A stretch of 64,000 nucleotides of DNA, from positions 1-64,000 of the forward strand of contig CALXXY010000001.1 in the NCBI GenBank assembly GCA_944392815.1, written 5' to 3'. Position 1 is the stretch's first letter; each line of letters begins with the position of its first letter. Below, piece by piece: positions 1 to 9,624 of this stretch. Below the pieces are notes generated by a model. The model did not search any database. It had not been told where the DNA came from and saw only the letters and a list, made by a program, of their open reading frames with translations. Origin of the DNA: an uncultured Alphaproteobacteria bacterium. GTDB lineage: Bacteria; Pseudomonadota; Alphaproteobacteria; Rs-D84. Made by a program: the position numbers and the translations under genes.

Positions 1-12
1 TACGCCGCAAAA

Positions 13-348
13 ATGTATAAAACACGACCCGAATATCTGTGGGCGCGCGATCCGAATTATGCTGTATTACGGCGCAGCGACAATCGCAAATGGTATGGCA
101 TTATCATGGACGTACCGCGGGCGCGGTTGGGCGTGCCGGGCGAAGGCACAATCGATATTTTAAACGTAAAATGCGATCCCGGGTTGTATTCATTGCTGGA
201 CAAGCGTGATGGTATTTTGCGCGGATATCATATGGGCGGCACATGGGTGTCAATTATGCTGGACGGATCAATTGAATTAAGCCAGATATACGCCCTGATG
301 CGCAGCAGTTATGATTTAGTCGGCCCACACAAAAAATTGACAAAATAA
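13..348 (+). CDS. MmcQ/YjbR family DNA-binding protein (may extend 5' of the window)
   Basis: PEYLW, RRSDNRKWYGIIMDV, ILNVKCDP and GYHM...WVSI motifs typical of MmcQ/YjbR proteins. Confidence 0.8.
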   Translation: MYKTRPEYLWARDPNYAVLRRSDNRKWYGIIMDVPRARLGVPGEGTIDILNVKCDPGLYSLLDKRDGILRGYHMGGTWVSIMLDGSIELSQIYALMRSSYDLVGPHKKLTK

Positions 349-374
349 TATTTCGGACTATAATATGTTTCGAT

Positions 375-1559
375 ATGACCAGAAAAAATTGTGTTTATTG
401 TGGTAAAGAAATAACCCAACGCAGCAGCGAGCACATTATTCAAAATGCGCTGGGTGGGGTGTATGAATCAGAAGATATTTGTTGTCCGGAATGCAACAAC
501 GCGGTAAGTCGTTATGTCGATGCACCTTTTACCAAAATTTTTAATCCGATAACTGGCGGGATAAAGAATTTTTCAAAAACAAATAATCCTAAATCACTGC
601 AACCATGTACCGGCACGGTTTTATATCAGGGCCAAACATATCATGCGAATATCAAAGCCGGAAAAGTTGTCGCCTGCCCCGATTTAAGTCGCCAATTGCG
701 ATGCGACGCAACCAAGTTGCCACTGGAAATTGTTTCGTATGATTTTAATCTGGAAAATGCGGCATTCCAAACCGGTATGGGGAAAATAGCGTTTAATTAT
801 GCATTGGATTGCGGAATTGATTTATCTGTGTTAAAGCACGGAATGCATGTACAAAAATCCGGCAACGATATCACTGGTATATCTTTTAATTATGAAATGT
901 TTCCGTTTTGTGCGCTGAATCCACTGGATTTGCGGTTGGAATTACATACGCCGTTTTCGCCGTATCATTGTTTGATACTGTTCGAACAAAACAGCAAGTT
1001 ATGGTGTTATATAGATTTGTTTAATACATTCCAATATTATGTTTTGTTGTCTGATAAAATGTCTGCTTTGAACAAAGTGCATGGTGTGGCCGCACAAACT
1101 GTTCAAAAAATTGATCGCACCGTTCCTGACCTGGACGCCCAACGACCAAAAGATTTGCTGATTTTTGCCCAACAATATGGTGTGCGAAGTTTCACAGATG
1201 CCACAGATCTGGCACAAAAGATAAAGGTGGCAATTGCGCGCAAATCGCAAAAAACAGATTTGAATGATATTATTGCACCACGTGTTAAATCTGTATCATA
1301 TGATTATTTTCTGGATCCAAATACAGACAAGCGCGATTTACCGTTATTCGGGCAATCTATGCGATTGTATTTTAACGAATTTGACAGATTGAACACAAAC
1401 ACTTTCAGAACTATGACCACGTGTTCCAATGTGAACAATGTGTTTTCGTATCCAGAAGCGGTGCTGTCTGTGTCGCAAAATAATGAAGTATATTTTCGGC
1501 GATATGCACTGGCTAAGTTTAAAACTTTGAATTATTTTTTAACCCAACAAAACAGATAA
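375..1559 (+). CDS. HNH endonuclease domain protein (Zn-binding HNH N-terminus)
   Basis: CVYC...SSEHIIQNALGG...ICCPECNN motif; TTGACA/TATAAT promoter just upstream. Confidence 0.75.
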   Translation: MTRKNCVYCGKEITQRSSEHIIQNALGGVYESEDICCPECNNAVSRYVDAPFTKIFNPITGGIKNFSKTNNPKSLQPCTGTVLYQGQTYHANIKAGKVVACPDLSRQLRCDATKLPLEIVSYDFNLENAAFQTGMGKIAFNYALDCGIDLSVLKHGMHVQKSGNDITGISFNYEMFPFCALNPLDLRLELHTPFSPYHCLILFEQNSKLWCYIDLFNTFQYYVLLSDKMSALNKVHGVAAQTVQKIDRTVPDLDAQRPKDLLIFAQQYGVRSFTDATDLAQKIKVAIARKSQKTDLNDIIAPRVKSVSYDYFLDPNTDKRDLPLFGQSMRLYFNEFDRLNTNTFRTMTTCSNVNNVFSYPEAVLSVSQNNEVYFRRYALAKFKTLNYFLTQQNR

Positions 1560-1580
1560 AACACCCGCCCACCGGTTTTT

Positions 1581-1757
1581 TTACCCATGGATAACCACCA
1601 ATCTATCTATATGCAATTCGTTTATAAACGCCTCGTCATGCGAAACGATTAAAATGGCGCCACGATACTGGTCAAGCGCATTTTCCAACACTGTTGTACT
1701 TTTTATGTCCAGGTTGTTTGTCGGTTCGTCCAGTAATAAAATATCAGCGCCTGAACC
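1581..1757 (-). pseudogene. C-terminal remnant of an ABC (ABC-F-like) ATPase
   Basis: Minus strand reads GSGADILLLDEPTNNLDIKSTTVLENALDQYRGAILIVSHDEAFINELHIDRLVVIHG* (Walker B, D-loop, H-loop); in-frame stop upstream and no start codon. Confidence 0.8.
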
Positions 1758-1860
1758 AGGCGAACCTTGGTTATATACACGCCATTATTCTATCAAGAAA
1801 TACCCCGCTGTCAAATTATAAAAAAGGTTAAAGGCATTGCTGTATGAAGCCCCAAAAAAA

Positions 1861-3078
1861 CTAGCGTTTTTTGGATATGTGACGGTTGGCAACGTTTCGC
1901 TGTATGATTCCTTTGAACGTATTTTTTGATTTTGCGGCCATAAACATTTTTACCCACAATAAATCATAAATTTTTCTAAGATTCCCAGGCAAATCGACCG
2001 AACGTTTAATTTCACTAACACCGGATAAATCGGCATTTCTGGCCTTAACATTTTTTGTGCCACGAAAATCCAATACCGGCGGCAAATTTGTAGTTGAGAT
2101 TAAATAAATGCTGTCGGTCGGATTTTTGATTTCACGAACACCCGATAAATCTGCATGGCTTAAATCAACTTGTTTTGTGGCGCCAAAATCTAATATCGGG
2201 GGTAAATTTGCACATGCGTATAAGTCAATGCATTCAATCGGACTTTTTATCTCGCGAACACCAGACAAAGCCGTATAACTTAAATCAACTTCTTTTGTAC
2301 CACGAAAATCCAATACCGGCGGTAATTTTTTACATGCAGTTAAGTGAATGCTGTCGGTCGGCCACTTTATTTCATGAACATCAGACAAAACAGCAAAACT
2401 TAAATCAACTGTTTTTGTACCACTAAAATCCAATACGGGCGGCAAATTTTTGCATGAACGCAAATCAATTCTGCTGGTCGGGCTTTTTATCTCGCGAACA
2501 CCCGATAAATCTGAATGGCTTAAATCAACTTGTTTTGTGGCGCCAAAATCTAATATCGGGGGTAAATGGTTACAAGCCATTAAATCAATCCTGTTGGTTG
2601 GACCTTTTATTTCACGAACGCCCGATAAATCAGCGCATCTTAAATCAACTGTTGTCGTACCGCTGAAATCCAATACCTGGGGTAAATTTCTGCATGAACG
2701 TAAGTCAATTTTTGTGGTTGGCCATTTTATTTCGCGAACACCAGATAAATCTGTATTATGTAAATCGACATATGCCATGTTGCTTAAATCTAATATTGGG
2801 GGAAGTATTGTTTTATATTCCCCAGAAAGAATCAGCGTTCCCATAACTTCCATATTCAAATTTACATCAGATAAATCCATTCCAGACAAATCCAAATCGC
2901 CACGCACCACAAAACCATCTGGCAAATCGTGTATCGAATAATATTTTCCACTTTGTTTCAGCAAACCTACATTTCTGTGCCGCTTTTTTGCAAGGAACAA
3001 AGTTTGTCCAATCGTGCTGCGTTCACCAGTGTTTTTCAGATAACCTTTAAGTTCTTTATTAACAGACATGTTAACCAC
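1861..3078 (-). CDS. Leucine-rich-repeat-like protein with about 7 tandem 40-aa repeats
   Basis: Unit LPPxLDFxxTxxVDLSxxDLSGVREIKxPTxxIDLxxCxN; 120-bp DNA periodicity. Confidence 0.8.
   Translation of the reverse strand: MVNMSVNKELKGYLKNTGERSTIGQTLFLAKKRHRNVGLLKQSGKYYSIHDLPDGFVVRGDLDLSGMDLSDVNLNMEVMGTLILSGEYKTILPPILDLSNMAYVDLHNTDLSGVREIKWPTTKIDLRSCRNLPQVLDFSGTTTVDLRCADLSGVREIKGPTNRIDLMACNHLPPILDFGATKQVDLSHSDLSGVREIKSPTSRIDLRSCKNLPPVLDFSGTKTVDLSFAVLSDVHEIKWPTDSIHLTACKKLPPVLDFRGTKEVDLSYTALSGVREIKSPIECIDLYACANLPPILDFGATKQVDLSHADLSGVREIKNPTDSIYLISTTNLPPVLDFRGTKNVKARNADLSGVSEIKRSVDLPGNLRKIYDLLWVKMFMAAKSKNTFKGIIQRNVANRHISKKR
2000..2805. repeat. Intragenic tandem repeat, 120-bp period
   Basis: TAAATCAACT recurs at 2161, 2281, 2401, 2521 and 2641 (variant at 2761); 2161-2207 is identical to 2521-2567. 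Confidence 0.9.
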
Positions 3079-3234
3079 CCTTGTTATTACTCTTAATCGT
3101 TATGTAACACAATTACAGAAAATATCAAGTGCCACCCGGCGTGCACCACCCCGTCCGCGCCATTGCGATGTGTTCGCACCGTTTCGTTTCACTGGGAATA
3201 ACAAAATGCCCTGCGGGGGGCATTTTATTATTCC

Positions 3235-3253
3235 TGGCGGAGACGAAGGGATT
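3235..3253 (-). repeat. 19-bp direct repeat of the tRNA-Ser 3' end (att-like or tRNA-linked repeat)
   Basis: TGGCGGAGACGAAGGGATT at 3235 and 3413, 178 bp apart; each copy abuts a terminator-like hairpin. Confidence 0.85.
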
Positions 3254-3412
3254 ATTTCGCTGCGCTTCATCACCTGGCAAAATTTGCGCATGCGCGCAAA
3301 CCGGCGTACTCCCGTCCGCCTTTTTGCGACGGTTCGAACCCTTGCCTCCGGGTTCGAATCCACATTATCAGACACAATAAAAAACACGCCCGATGGGCGT
3401 GATTTTTTATTG

Positions 3413-3503
3413 TGGCGGAGACGAAGGGATTCGAACCCTTGATACCCTTGCGGGTATACTACATTTCCAATGTAGCGCACTAGACCAACTATGCGACGTC
3501 TCC
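3413..3503 (-). tRNA. tRNA-Ser(GGA)
   Basis: Reverse complement GGAGACG...CTACAT-T-GGA-A-ATGTAG, long variable arm, GGTTCGAATCC T-loop, encoded CCA. Confidence 0.95.
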
Positions 3504-3510
3504 TGAACAG

Positions 3511-3885
3511 TTATTCGGCGGATAATTCTGCGATATCTTCGGCCTCGTCCGGTTCGACGGGATTTTCGATTAATGCGTTTTCCAATTCTGCATCAATTTC
3601 ACGTAATTCGGGATCCTCGCCACTGGTGATTTCCAGGGATTCTTCGTCCTCGGCCACGATGGGTGTTTCCTTGTACGATTGGATAAATTCATGGCGCAGG
3701 TTTTCCATATCCAATTTGCCCGTGGCAATTTCACGCAATGCCACAACTGTTGGTTTGTCATTGTCCTGTTCCACCACAGGTTCCGCGCCGCCATTCAAAT
3801 CGCGCACGCGTTGCGACGCCAACATTCCCAGTTCATAACGACTTTCCACGAATGGTAAAGTATCAGAATTTGTTATACGGGCCAT
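3511..3885 (-). CDS. rpoZ: RNA polymerase omega subunit
   Basis: MARIT...[14 protein letters not shown]...[14 protein letters not shown] with acidic tail; start reassigned to ATG at 3885. Confidence 0.92.
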   Translation of the reverse strand: MARITNSDTLPFVESRYELGMLASQRVRDLNGGAEPVVEQDNDKPTVVALREIATGKLDMENLRHEFIQSYKETPIVAEDEESLEITSGEDPELREIDAELENALIENPVEPDEAEDIAELSAE

Positions 3886-3935
3886 TTTATAAAATCCTTT
3901 GTTGAAAACGTTTCTAACCACGCTATAATGCCCCA

Positions 3936-5183
3936 ATGGTGGCAAAAATGCAAGCAGAAAATAAAAAAAATAACATAAAAGTATTATCGTTGGGGTGTCG
4001 GCTGAACGCGCTGGAGGCCGAAAAGATTCGATCTTTTCTGGCACCCACGTTGGATTGCGCGATTTTGGTGAATACTTGCGCCGTCACAGCCGAGGCCGAA
4101 CGTCAATCTGGCCAGGCCGTGCGCAAACTGGCCCGCGAAAATCCAACTGCGCCGATTTTTGTGACTGGCTGTGCGGCCACGCGAAATGCCGATTTGTTTG
4201 CAAATATCCCGAATTCCATGGTTATACCCAATGCCAACAAAATGAATCCAGGGGCATATGCGGACGCACTGGCCAACGCGCCATGCGATTTTTCCGCACC
4301 GAAAATTTTGAAATTCAGTCACCCTGCCCCCAGTTTGTCCAAGCAATTTATCCAAGTACAAAATGGTTGCAATCATGATTGCACGTATTGCGTGACGCGC
4401 CTGTTGCGCGGGCCGGCGGTTTCGTTTTCATATGCTGATATTTTGGCCGACGCGCGCCAGGCCGTGGAAAACGGATTTCACGAAGTAGTTCTGACCGGCG
4501 TAGACACGGCCAGTTATGCCCGTGATGGTATGTTGATTTCTGATGTATGTGCTGGATTATTGCGCGATGTGCCGGGCATTCAGCGACTGCGCATATCGTC
4601 ATTTGACCCTGCGTCGCCCCAAGTATTTAAAATTTTGGATTTGACACACAATGACGCGCGTATGATGCCGCACATGCATTTGTCTATGCAATCGGGCTCG
4701 GACGAAGTTTTGCGCGCCATGCGGCGGCGGCACACGGCCGACACTGTGCGAAAAATTGTGCAATATGCCGGGGACAATATAACGTTCAGTTGGGATATCA
4801 TTTGCGGGTTCCCAGGCGAAACAGACGGGTTATTTAGTGACACTATGAATCTGGCACGAGAGTTGCGTCCGATTAAAATTCACGCGTTTCCGTTTTCTGC
4901 ACGTCCGAGGACTGTCGCGGCCGATATGCCCAATCAAATAAATCGCGGTATCGCCAAACAACGCGTGCACGAAATTTCGGCAGCAGCAGACAAAATTCGC
5001 GATGAATTTATGACCGCGCACATCGGGCAACACGTACCCGTATTGGTCGAACAACACAACACTGCGCGCACCCCCCACGATATTCCAGTTAAAATAAACG
5101 GCGCGCCCATTGCGGCACGCACGATTTGCACTGTGAAACTGGTCGATATCCGCGATGGCGAATATATTGGCACGGTGGCGTAA
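3936..5183 (+). CDS. mtaB: tRNA methylthiotransferase (MiaB-family radical SAM, MtaB type)
   Basis: [46 protein letters not shown]. Confidence 0.85.
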   Translation: MVAKMQAENKKNNIKVLSLGCRLNALEAEKIRSFLAPTLDCAILVNTCAVTAEAERQSGQAVRKLARENPTAPIFVTGCAATRNADLFANIPNSMVIPNANKMNPGAYADALANAPCDFSAPKILKFSHPAPSLSKQFIQVQNGCNHDCTYCVTRLLRGPAVSFSYADILADARQAVENGFHEVVLTGVDTASYARDGMLISDVCAGLLRDVPGIQRLRISSFDPASPQVFKILDLTHNDARMMPHMHLSMQSGSDEVLRAMRRRHTADTVRKIVQYAGDNITFSWDIICGFPGETDGLFSDTMNLARELRPIKIHAFPFSARPRTVAADMPNQINRGIAKQRVHEISAAADKIRDEFMTAHIGQHVPVLVEQHNTARTPHDIPVKINGAPIAARTICTVKLVDIRDGEYIGTVA

Positions 5184-5227
5184 AAAATCTGTTGGCAATG
5201 TGATTTAGAATTGCTATTATCACAACC

Positions 5228-6403
5228 ATGAAAAAGAAAATATTTGTTCTGTTGTTGGCATTAATAACAACATCTGCGCACGCGGATTTTTCTACGCGCG
5301 CAAAATCAGCGTTTTTGATTGACTATGATTCTGGGGCCGAAATAGTGGCCAAGGACGCAGACACACTTATGCCGCCGTCGTCCATGATAAAATTGATGAC
5401 GTTGGCGGTGTTGTTTGATGAAATTCGCGCAGGGAATCTGACCATGGACGACAGATTGCCGGTATCGGAAAATGCCGACTATAATAATCCGCTGTGGTAC
5501 CCGGCCAGTAAAATATGCCTGGTCGCGGGCCAGACGATTTCTGTGCGGGACGCGATTTTGGGGCTGATTGTTTTATCTGGTGGCGACGCATCTGTGGTGG
5601 TGGCCGAAAAATTGGCCGGATCTGAATCTGCGTTCACCGAATTAATGCAGAAAAAGGCCCGCGAAATTGGTATGCGGCAATCTACTTTTGGTAATGCCAG
5701 TGGCCTGCCCAATCCAAACAATTTGATGACCAGTCGTGAATTGGCCATTTTGGCAAAACATATCATTTCTGATTATCCAGATTTGTATCCATTGTTTTCA
5801 ACAAAGCGTTTCAAATTCAGCGAATATCAAAGTGATTGGTGCCGTGAATGGGGACGCACGCACACCATGAATTATAACAAATTGCTGTTTACTATGTCCG
5901 GGGCCGACGGATTAAAAACTGGCCATACCGAAGACGGCGGATACGGCATGGTGGCCAGTGCCAAAATCGGTGGACGGCGATTGATTGGTGTTATAAATGG
6001 ATTTAATGGGAAAAATCATGATGCTTTGGCGGCCGAAATGAAAAAACTGTTGGAATACGGATATTCAAATACCATTAATCATACATTTTACAATCCTGGC
6101 GACAGTATCGTTGATATACCCGTGTGGTATGGGCGCCAGGACAGCGTATCGGCCACTGTCGCAAAACCGTTTGTTGTGACTGTGCCAAAATCAGACGGCA
6201 TGACGGGGCTGCGTGTTGTTGCACGGTATAATAACCCAGCCAGTGCGCCTGTGATGGCCGGCGACCAGGTTGGCGAAATTATCGCAACTCGAAATGGCAC
6301 AGAAATTGCACGCGCACCGTTAATTGCACAAAACACTGTAAAGAAAACGCAATTTTTTGGACGCGTTATCAAAAACATTCGCGTGATATTTGGACTGGAT
6401 TAA
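5228..6403 (+). CDS. dacA: D-alanyl-D-alanine carboxypeptidase (S11)
   Basis: SxxK (SMIK), SGGD and KTG motifs; signal peptide; PBP5 C-terminal domain. Confidence 0.88.
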   Translation: MKKKIFVLLLALITTSAHADFSTRAKSAFLIDYDSGAEIVAKDADTLMPPSSMIKLMTLAVLFDEIRAGNLTMDDRLPVSENADYNNPLWYPASKICLVAGQTISVRDAILGLIVLSGGDASVVVAEKLAGSESAFTELMQKKAREIGMRQSTFGNASGLPNPNNLMTSRELAILAKHIISDYPDLYPLFSTKRFKFSEYQSDWCREWGRTHTMNYNKLLFTMSGADGLKTGHTEDGGYGMVASAKIGGRRLIGVINGFNGKNHDALAAEMKKLLEYGYSNTINHTFYNPGDSIVDIPVWYGRQDSVSATVAKPFVVTVPKSDGMTGLRVVARYNNPASAPVMAGDQVGEIIATRNGTEIARAPLIAQNTVKKTQFFGRVIKNIRVIFGLD

Positions 6404-7306
6404 ATGGCACCGCGTAAATCGTCAAAATCTTTTCATTTTCCGCACCCGATGGATAACGATACACTGGTCGGGCACGCAGATATATTACGCGATTTCACAA
6501 ACGCATGGAATGGGCGCGCGGCCCACCCCGTGCACCCAGTGTGGATGTTGGCCGGCCCACGCGGAATTGGCAAAGCAACGTTGGCGTACAAAATCGCCAA
6601 AATGGTGTACGGCAATGTGGGGGATTTTTTTATTATTGATATGTCGCGCAATGTCGACAAAGACGGCAAATCTAAACCAGACGCCAAAAACATTTCTGTG
6701 TACACTGTGCGCGCAATGATTGAAAAAATGCAGATGTCGTCTATGTCCGGCGAATGGCGTGTGATATTAATTGATTCTGTTGATGAATTAACGACGTCTG
6801 CGGAAAATGCTATGTTAAAGTTATTAGAAGAACCGCCCGCAAAAACTTTGTTTTTGTTGGTTGTTCACCAATTGGCAAATGTTTTACCGACTGTGCGGTC
6901 GCGTGCACGCATTGAAAAAATGCGCCCGTTAAGTATGTCTGAATTACGTCAATTATGTGATAAATTTTTACCAGATGCGAATGTGGGTGATGAAATGTTG
7001 CGGTTGGCCAGCGGCAGTTTTGGTCGCATTGCGAACCTGAAAAAATCTGGGGGCGACGATATATATGATGAATTAATTGAATGTTTAAACAACCCGCACA
7101 GCCACAGCACTGACATGATGGCCGTGGCAAAAAAAATCGCAGCCGACCCCGCGCTGTACGGGATTTTACTGGACGCGATTGCCGCGTTCAGATTGGCTGA
7201 TTTATATTCGTCGACCACACATGCAATCGCAGATATTACGCGGTTGAATCTGGAACCTGAAACGGCGATTTTTAAAATAATTACACAAATCAAAAAATGT
7301 TTATAG
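6404..7306 (+). CDS. holB: DNA polymerase III delta' subunit
   Basis: GPRGIGKATLA, LKLLEEPP and LPTVRSR; dacA-holB-tatD order. Confidence 0.85.
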   Translation: MAPRKSSKSFHFPHPMDNDTLVGHADILRDFTNAWNGRAAHPVHPVWMLAGPRGIGKATLAYKIAKMVYGNVGDFFIIDMSRNVDKDGKSKPDAKNISVYTVRAMIEKMQMSSMSGEWRVILIDSVDELTTSAENAMLKLLEEPPAKTLFLLVVHQLANVLPTVRSRARIEKMRPLSMSELRQLCDKFLPDANVGDEMLRLASGSFGRIANLKKSGGDDIYDELIECLNNPHSHSTDMMAVAKKIAADPALYGILLDAIAAFRLADLYSSTTHAIADITRLNLEPETAIFKIITQIKKCL

Positions 7307-8055
7307 ACACCCATTGCCATTTAACTGATAACTATGTATCGGGCGATTTGCACGATGTTATTGCGCGCGCGGCGGCGGCAAATGTCGGCATGATGATATG
7401 CCCAACTGCAAATCCAGCCGACATCGCAGGCGCAATCAAAATCGCCGAAACGCACGATAATATTTTCGCAACGATTGGTATCCACCCCGAATATGCCAGC
7501 ACCGACGCCGCGCAGTATTTAACTGATGCTGTTTTGGAAAATCCGCGTGTTGTTGGTGTGGGTGAAATTGGGCTGGATTACCACGGTGGCAACGATAATC
7601 GCGCGGCGCAAATCAAATTGTTTGAACAGCAATTGGAACTGGCGCGGCGACACAATTTGCCTGTGGCCATACATACCCGCGACGCAGAATCAGACACCGC
7701 CGCAATTTTAACAGGTGACGTACGCGGGGTTATGCACTGTTTCACCAGTTCATGGGATTTGGCAAAAACTATGTTGGATCGCGGTTTTTATTTTTCCGCC
7801 AGCGGTATTTTAACATTTAAAAATGCGGCAGACATTCGTGAAACGTTCGCCAAAATTCCAACTGACCGCATAGTCATTGAAACGGACAGTCCGTATTGCG
7901 CACCTGTGCCATATCGTGGCAAAACGTGCGAACCCGCATTTGTGATTGAAACTGCGCGCGTATTGGCCGATGTAAAGGGGTTGCAATTGGCTGATTTAGA
8001 ATCTATACTGTATGAAAACACAATGAATTTATATCCAAAATGCCACGTCAAATAA
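7297..8055 (+). CDS. tatD: TatD family hydrolase/DNase
   Basis: DTHCHL, GIHP, GEIGLDY, HCFT, ETDSPY. Confidence 0.92.
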   Translation: MFIDTHCHLTDNYVSGDLHDVIARAAAANVGMMICPTANPADIAGAIKIAETHDNIFATIGIHPEYASTDAAQYLTDAVLENPRVVGVGEIGLDYHGGNDNRAAQIKLFEQQLELARRHNLPVAIHTRDAESDTAAILTGDVRGVMHCFTSSWDLAKTMLDRGFYFSASGILTFKNAADIRETFAKIPTDRIVIETDSPYCAPVPYRGKTCEPAFVIETARVLADVKGLQLADLESILYENTMNLYPKCHVK

Positions 8056-8507
8056 TAAAATTTGGTCAGGTTTCCGAAAATCGCAAAGCGCGATACAGTT
8101 ATTCTATTGAAGATACAATAGAGGCCGGAATTTCACTAACCGGCGCAGAATTGAAATCTGTGCGGTATGGTTTGGTGACCATAGTTGATGGATTCGTGCA
8201 ACGGCGCGGACGTGACCTGTATCTGGCGGGGGTGGAAATTCAAAAACTGCCCACTGCCGCACGCATTGTCAATTTCGACGAACGCCGGCCGCGGCAACTG
8301 TTGCTGCACCGGGCCCAGATTAATCGACTGATTGGGAAATTACAGGAACGCGGCGCGACCATTGTGCCATTAAAGTTATATTTTAATAATCGCGGAAAAT
8401 TAAAGGTTTTGTTGGGTGTGGGATACGGTAAAAACAAGGCCGACAAACGTGAAACCATTAAACGCCGCGAATGGGAAAAACATAAATCCAGAATATTAAA
8501 GGGTTAA
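8040..8507 (+). CDS. smpB: SsrA-binding protein
   Basis: NRKARY, EAGISLTGAELKSVR, LLLHR, DKRETIKRREW. Confidence 0.95.
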   Translation: MPRQIIKFGQVSENRKARYSYSIEDTIEAGISLTGAELKSVRYGLVTIVDGFVQRRGRDLYLAGVEIQKLPTAARIVNFDERRPRQLLLHRAQINRLIGKLQERGATIVPLKLYFNNRGKLKVLLGVGYGKNKADKRETIKRREWEKHKSRILKG

Positions 8508-8510
8508 CGT

Positions 8511-8840
8511 ATGCAAACGAATATCATAAGCAAATTGATAACGACGGCCGATTATAATCGCGCAAAATTTGCCATGCGAAATGCGGATTCTGTGCCCGTA
8601 CAGGAAAACATGTTCAGCAGTTGCACCGCGACCGAGGTTGCCAATTGCGCGTTTCATGTGGTCAGGAATTTCGAAAATCCGAATTACACGTATAAAATGT
8701 TGGCGCCGTATATGACGCATGCCCAGATTGATAATTTATTAAAAAAATCTGTGCCTGTGTGGGTACATACTGTTAACAGATTTTTTCGTGCCCGCGAAAA
8801 ATTCGCCCGGCGCGTTTATGGAACGCCAAAACAAATGTAA
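8511..8840 (+). CDS. hypothetical protein
   Basis: 109-aa ORF starting 3 bp after smpB and followed by a terminator. Confidence 0.6.
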   Translation: MQTNIISKLITTADYNRAKFAMRNADSVPVQENMFSSCTATEVANCAFHVVRNFENPNYTYKMLAPYMTHAQIDNLLKKSVPVWVHTVNRFFRAREKFARRVYGTPKQM

Positions 8841-8841
8841 T

Positions 8842-8868
8842 AAAAAATCCGCATATTGCGGATTTTTT
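8842..8868. terminator. Bidirectional intrinsic terminator
   Basis: AAAAAATCCGCA-TAT-TGCGGATTTTTT between convergent genes. Confidence 0.8.
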
Positions 8869-8869
8869 A

Positions 8870-9385
8870 TTAGTCATTCATTTGTGCACGCATTTGGCGA
8901 TGCAATTCGGTTTTAACCGCACGATATTCTTCGCGGGTTATGCAACCGTTCTGGTCAATATCCATAACCGGCAACAACGCCTGTAATTGTGGACATTTAA
9001 CAGACGACACCACCAGGCACCCATCATCAAAATCAACGCGTGGGCCACGAAATTCGTCGCAATCCAACAATTTTGCCGCACCAAATCCCAATGCGAATAC
9101 AATTAAAACCATGATTAATTTAATCATGAAACGACCAAAGCGTGAACCGCCACGGACGCATTTGCAATCATGACCGCATTGGCAATGTTCGCCTGCGCCG
9201 CATTTACAATCCGCACCACACGGACATGTCGGCATTTCCGGCGCAATGACCTGTTCCACGGTTTCGACCGGTTTTTTCACCGCTTTTTTAGCAGCCGGTC
9301 GTTTGGCAGCAACCGTTTTTTTGGTTGTTGTTTTTTTGGTGGCCGCTGATTTAGCAGTTGTTTTTTTAACTGGTTTAGTTGGCAT
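8870..9385 (-). CDS. Membrane protein with Lys/Ala-rich tail, Cys-rich segment and EF-hand
   Basis: KKTTAKSAATKK tail; CPCGADCKCGAGEHCQCGHDCKC; one TM helix; DIDQNGCITREE EF-hand loop; AAGGAAGG RBS before ATG at 9385. Confidence 0.7.
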   Translation of the reverse strand: MPTKPVKKTTAKSAATKKTTTKKTVAAKRPAAKKAVKKPVETVEQVIAPEMPTCPCGADCKCGAGEHCQCGHDCKCVRGGSRFGRFMIKLIMVLIVFALGFGAAKLLDCDEFRGPRVDFDDGCLVVSSVKCPQLQALLPVMDIDQNGCITREEYRAVKTELHRQMRAQMND

Positions 9386-9454
9386 TTTATTCCTTCCTTT
9401 TTTTGTTTTACGCGACAATTGTATTCAATCCAGGAATATAAGTAAAGGATAAAA

Positions 9455-9608
9455 TTATTATTCCAGCGTGTGCGCTGCGCGCGGGAATAATAGAGTGGAG
9501 AGTGTAGAGTTTAGAGTGTAGATGTTGTCCGCGCATATGCGCGGGATACCACCCCGGCACTACGTGCCACCCCTCCGTAGAGGGGAACTTTGTTCTGCGA
9601 CGGGGTGG
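9455..9608 (+). repeat. Modular intergenic repeat, copy 1 (heptamer array plus palindromes)
   Basis: Hairpin, then TAGAGTGGAGAGTGTAGAGTTTAGAGTGTAGA, CCGCGCATATGCGCGG and CCCCTCC..GAGGGG. Confidence 0.85.
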
Positions 9609-9624
9609 TTATTTTTCACTTGGG

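Noticed and set aside
2000-2805. Regular 120-bp periodicity as a possible CRISPR array
   Set aside because: The repeats are in-frame coding units of one ORF, with no unique spacers and no cas genes.
9490-9523. Heptamer arrays as CRISPR repeats or iterons
   Set aside because: Only 4-5 contiguous 7-mers without spacers, dispersed at five loci, and no rep gene.
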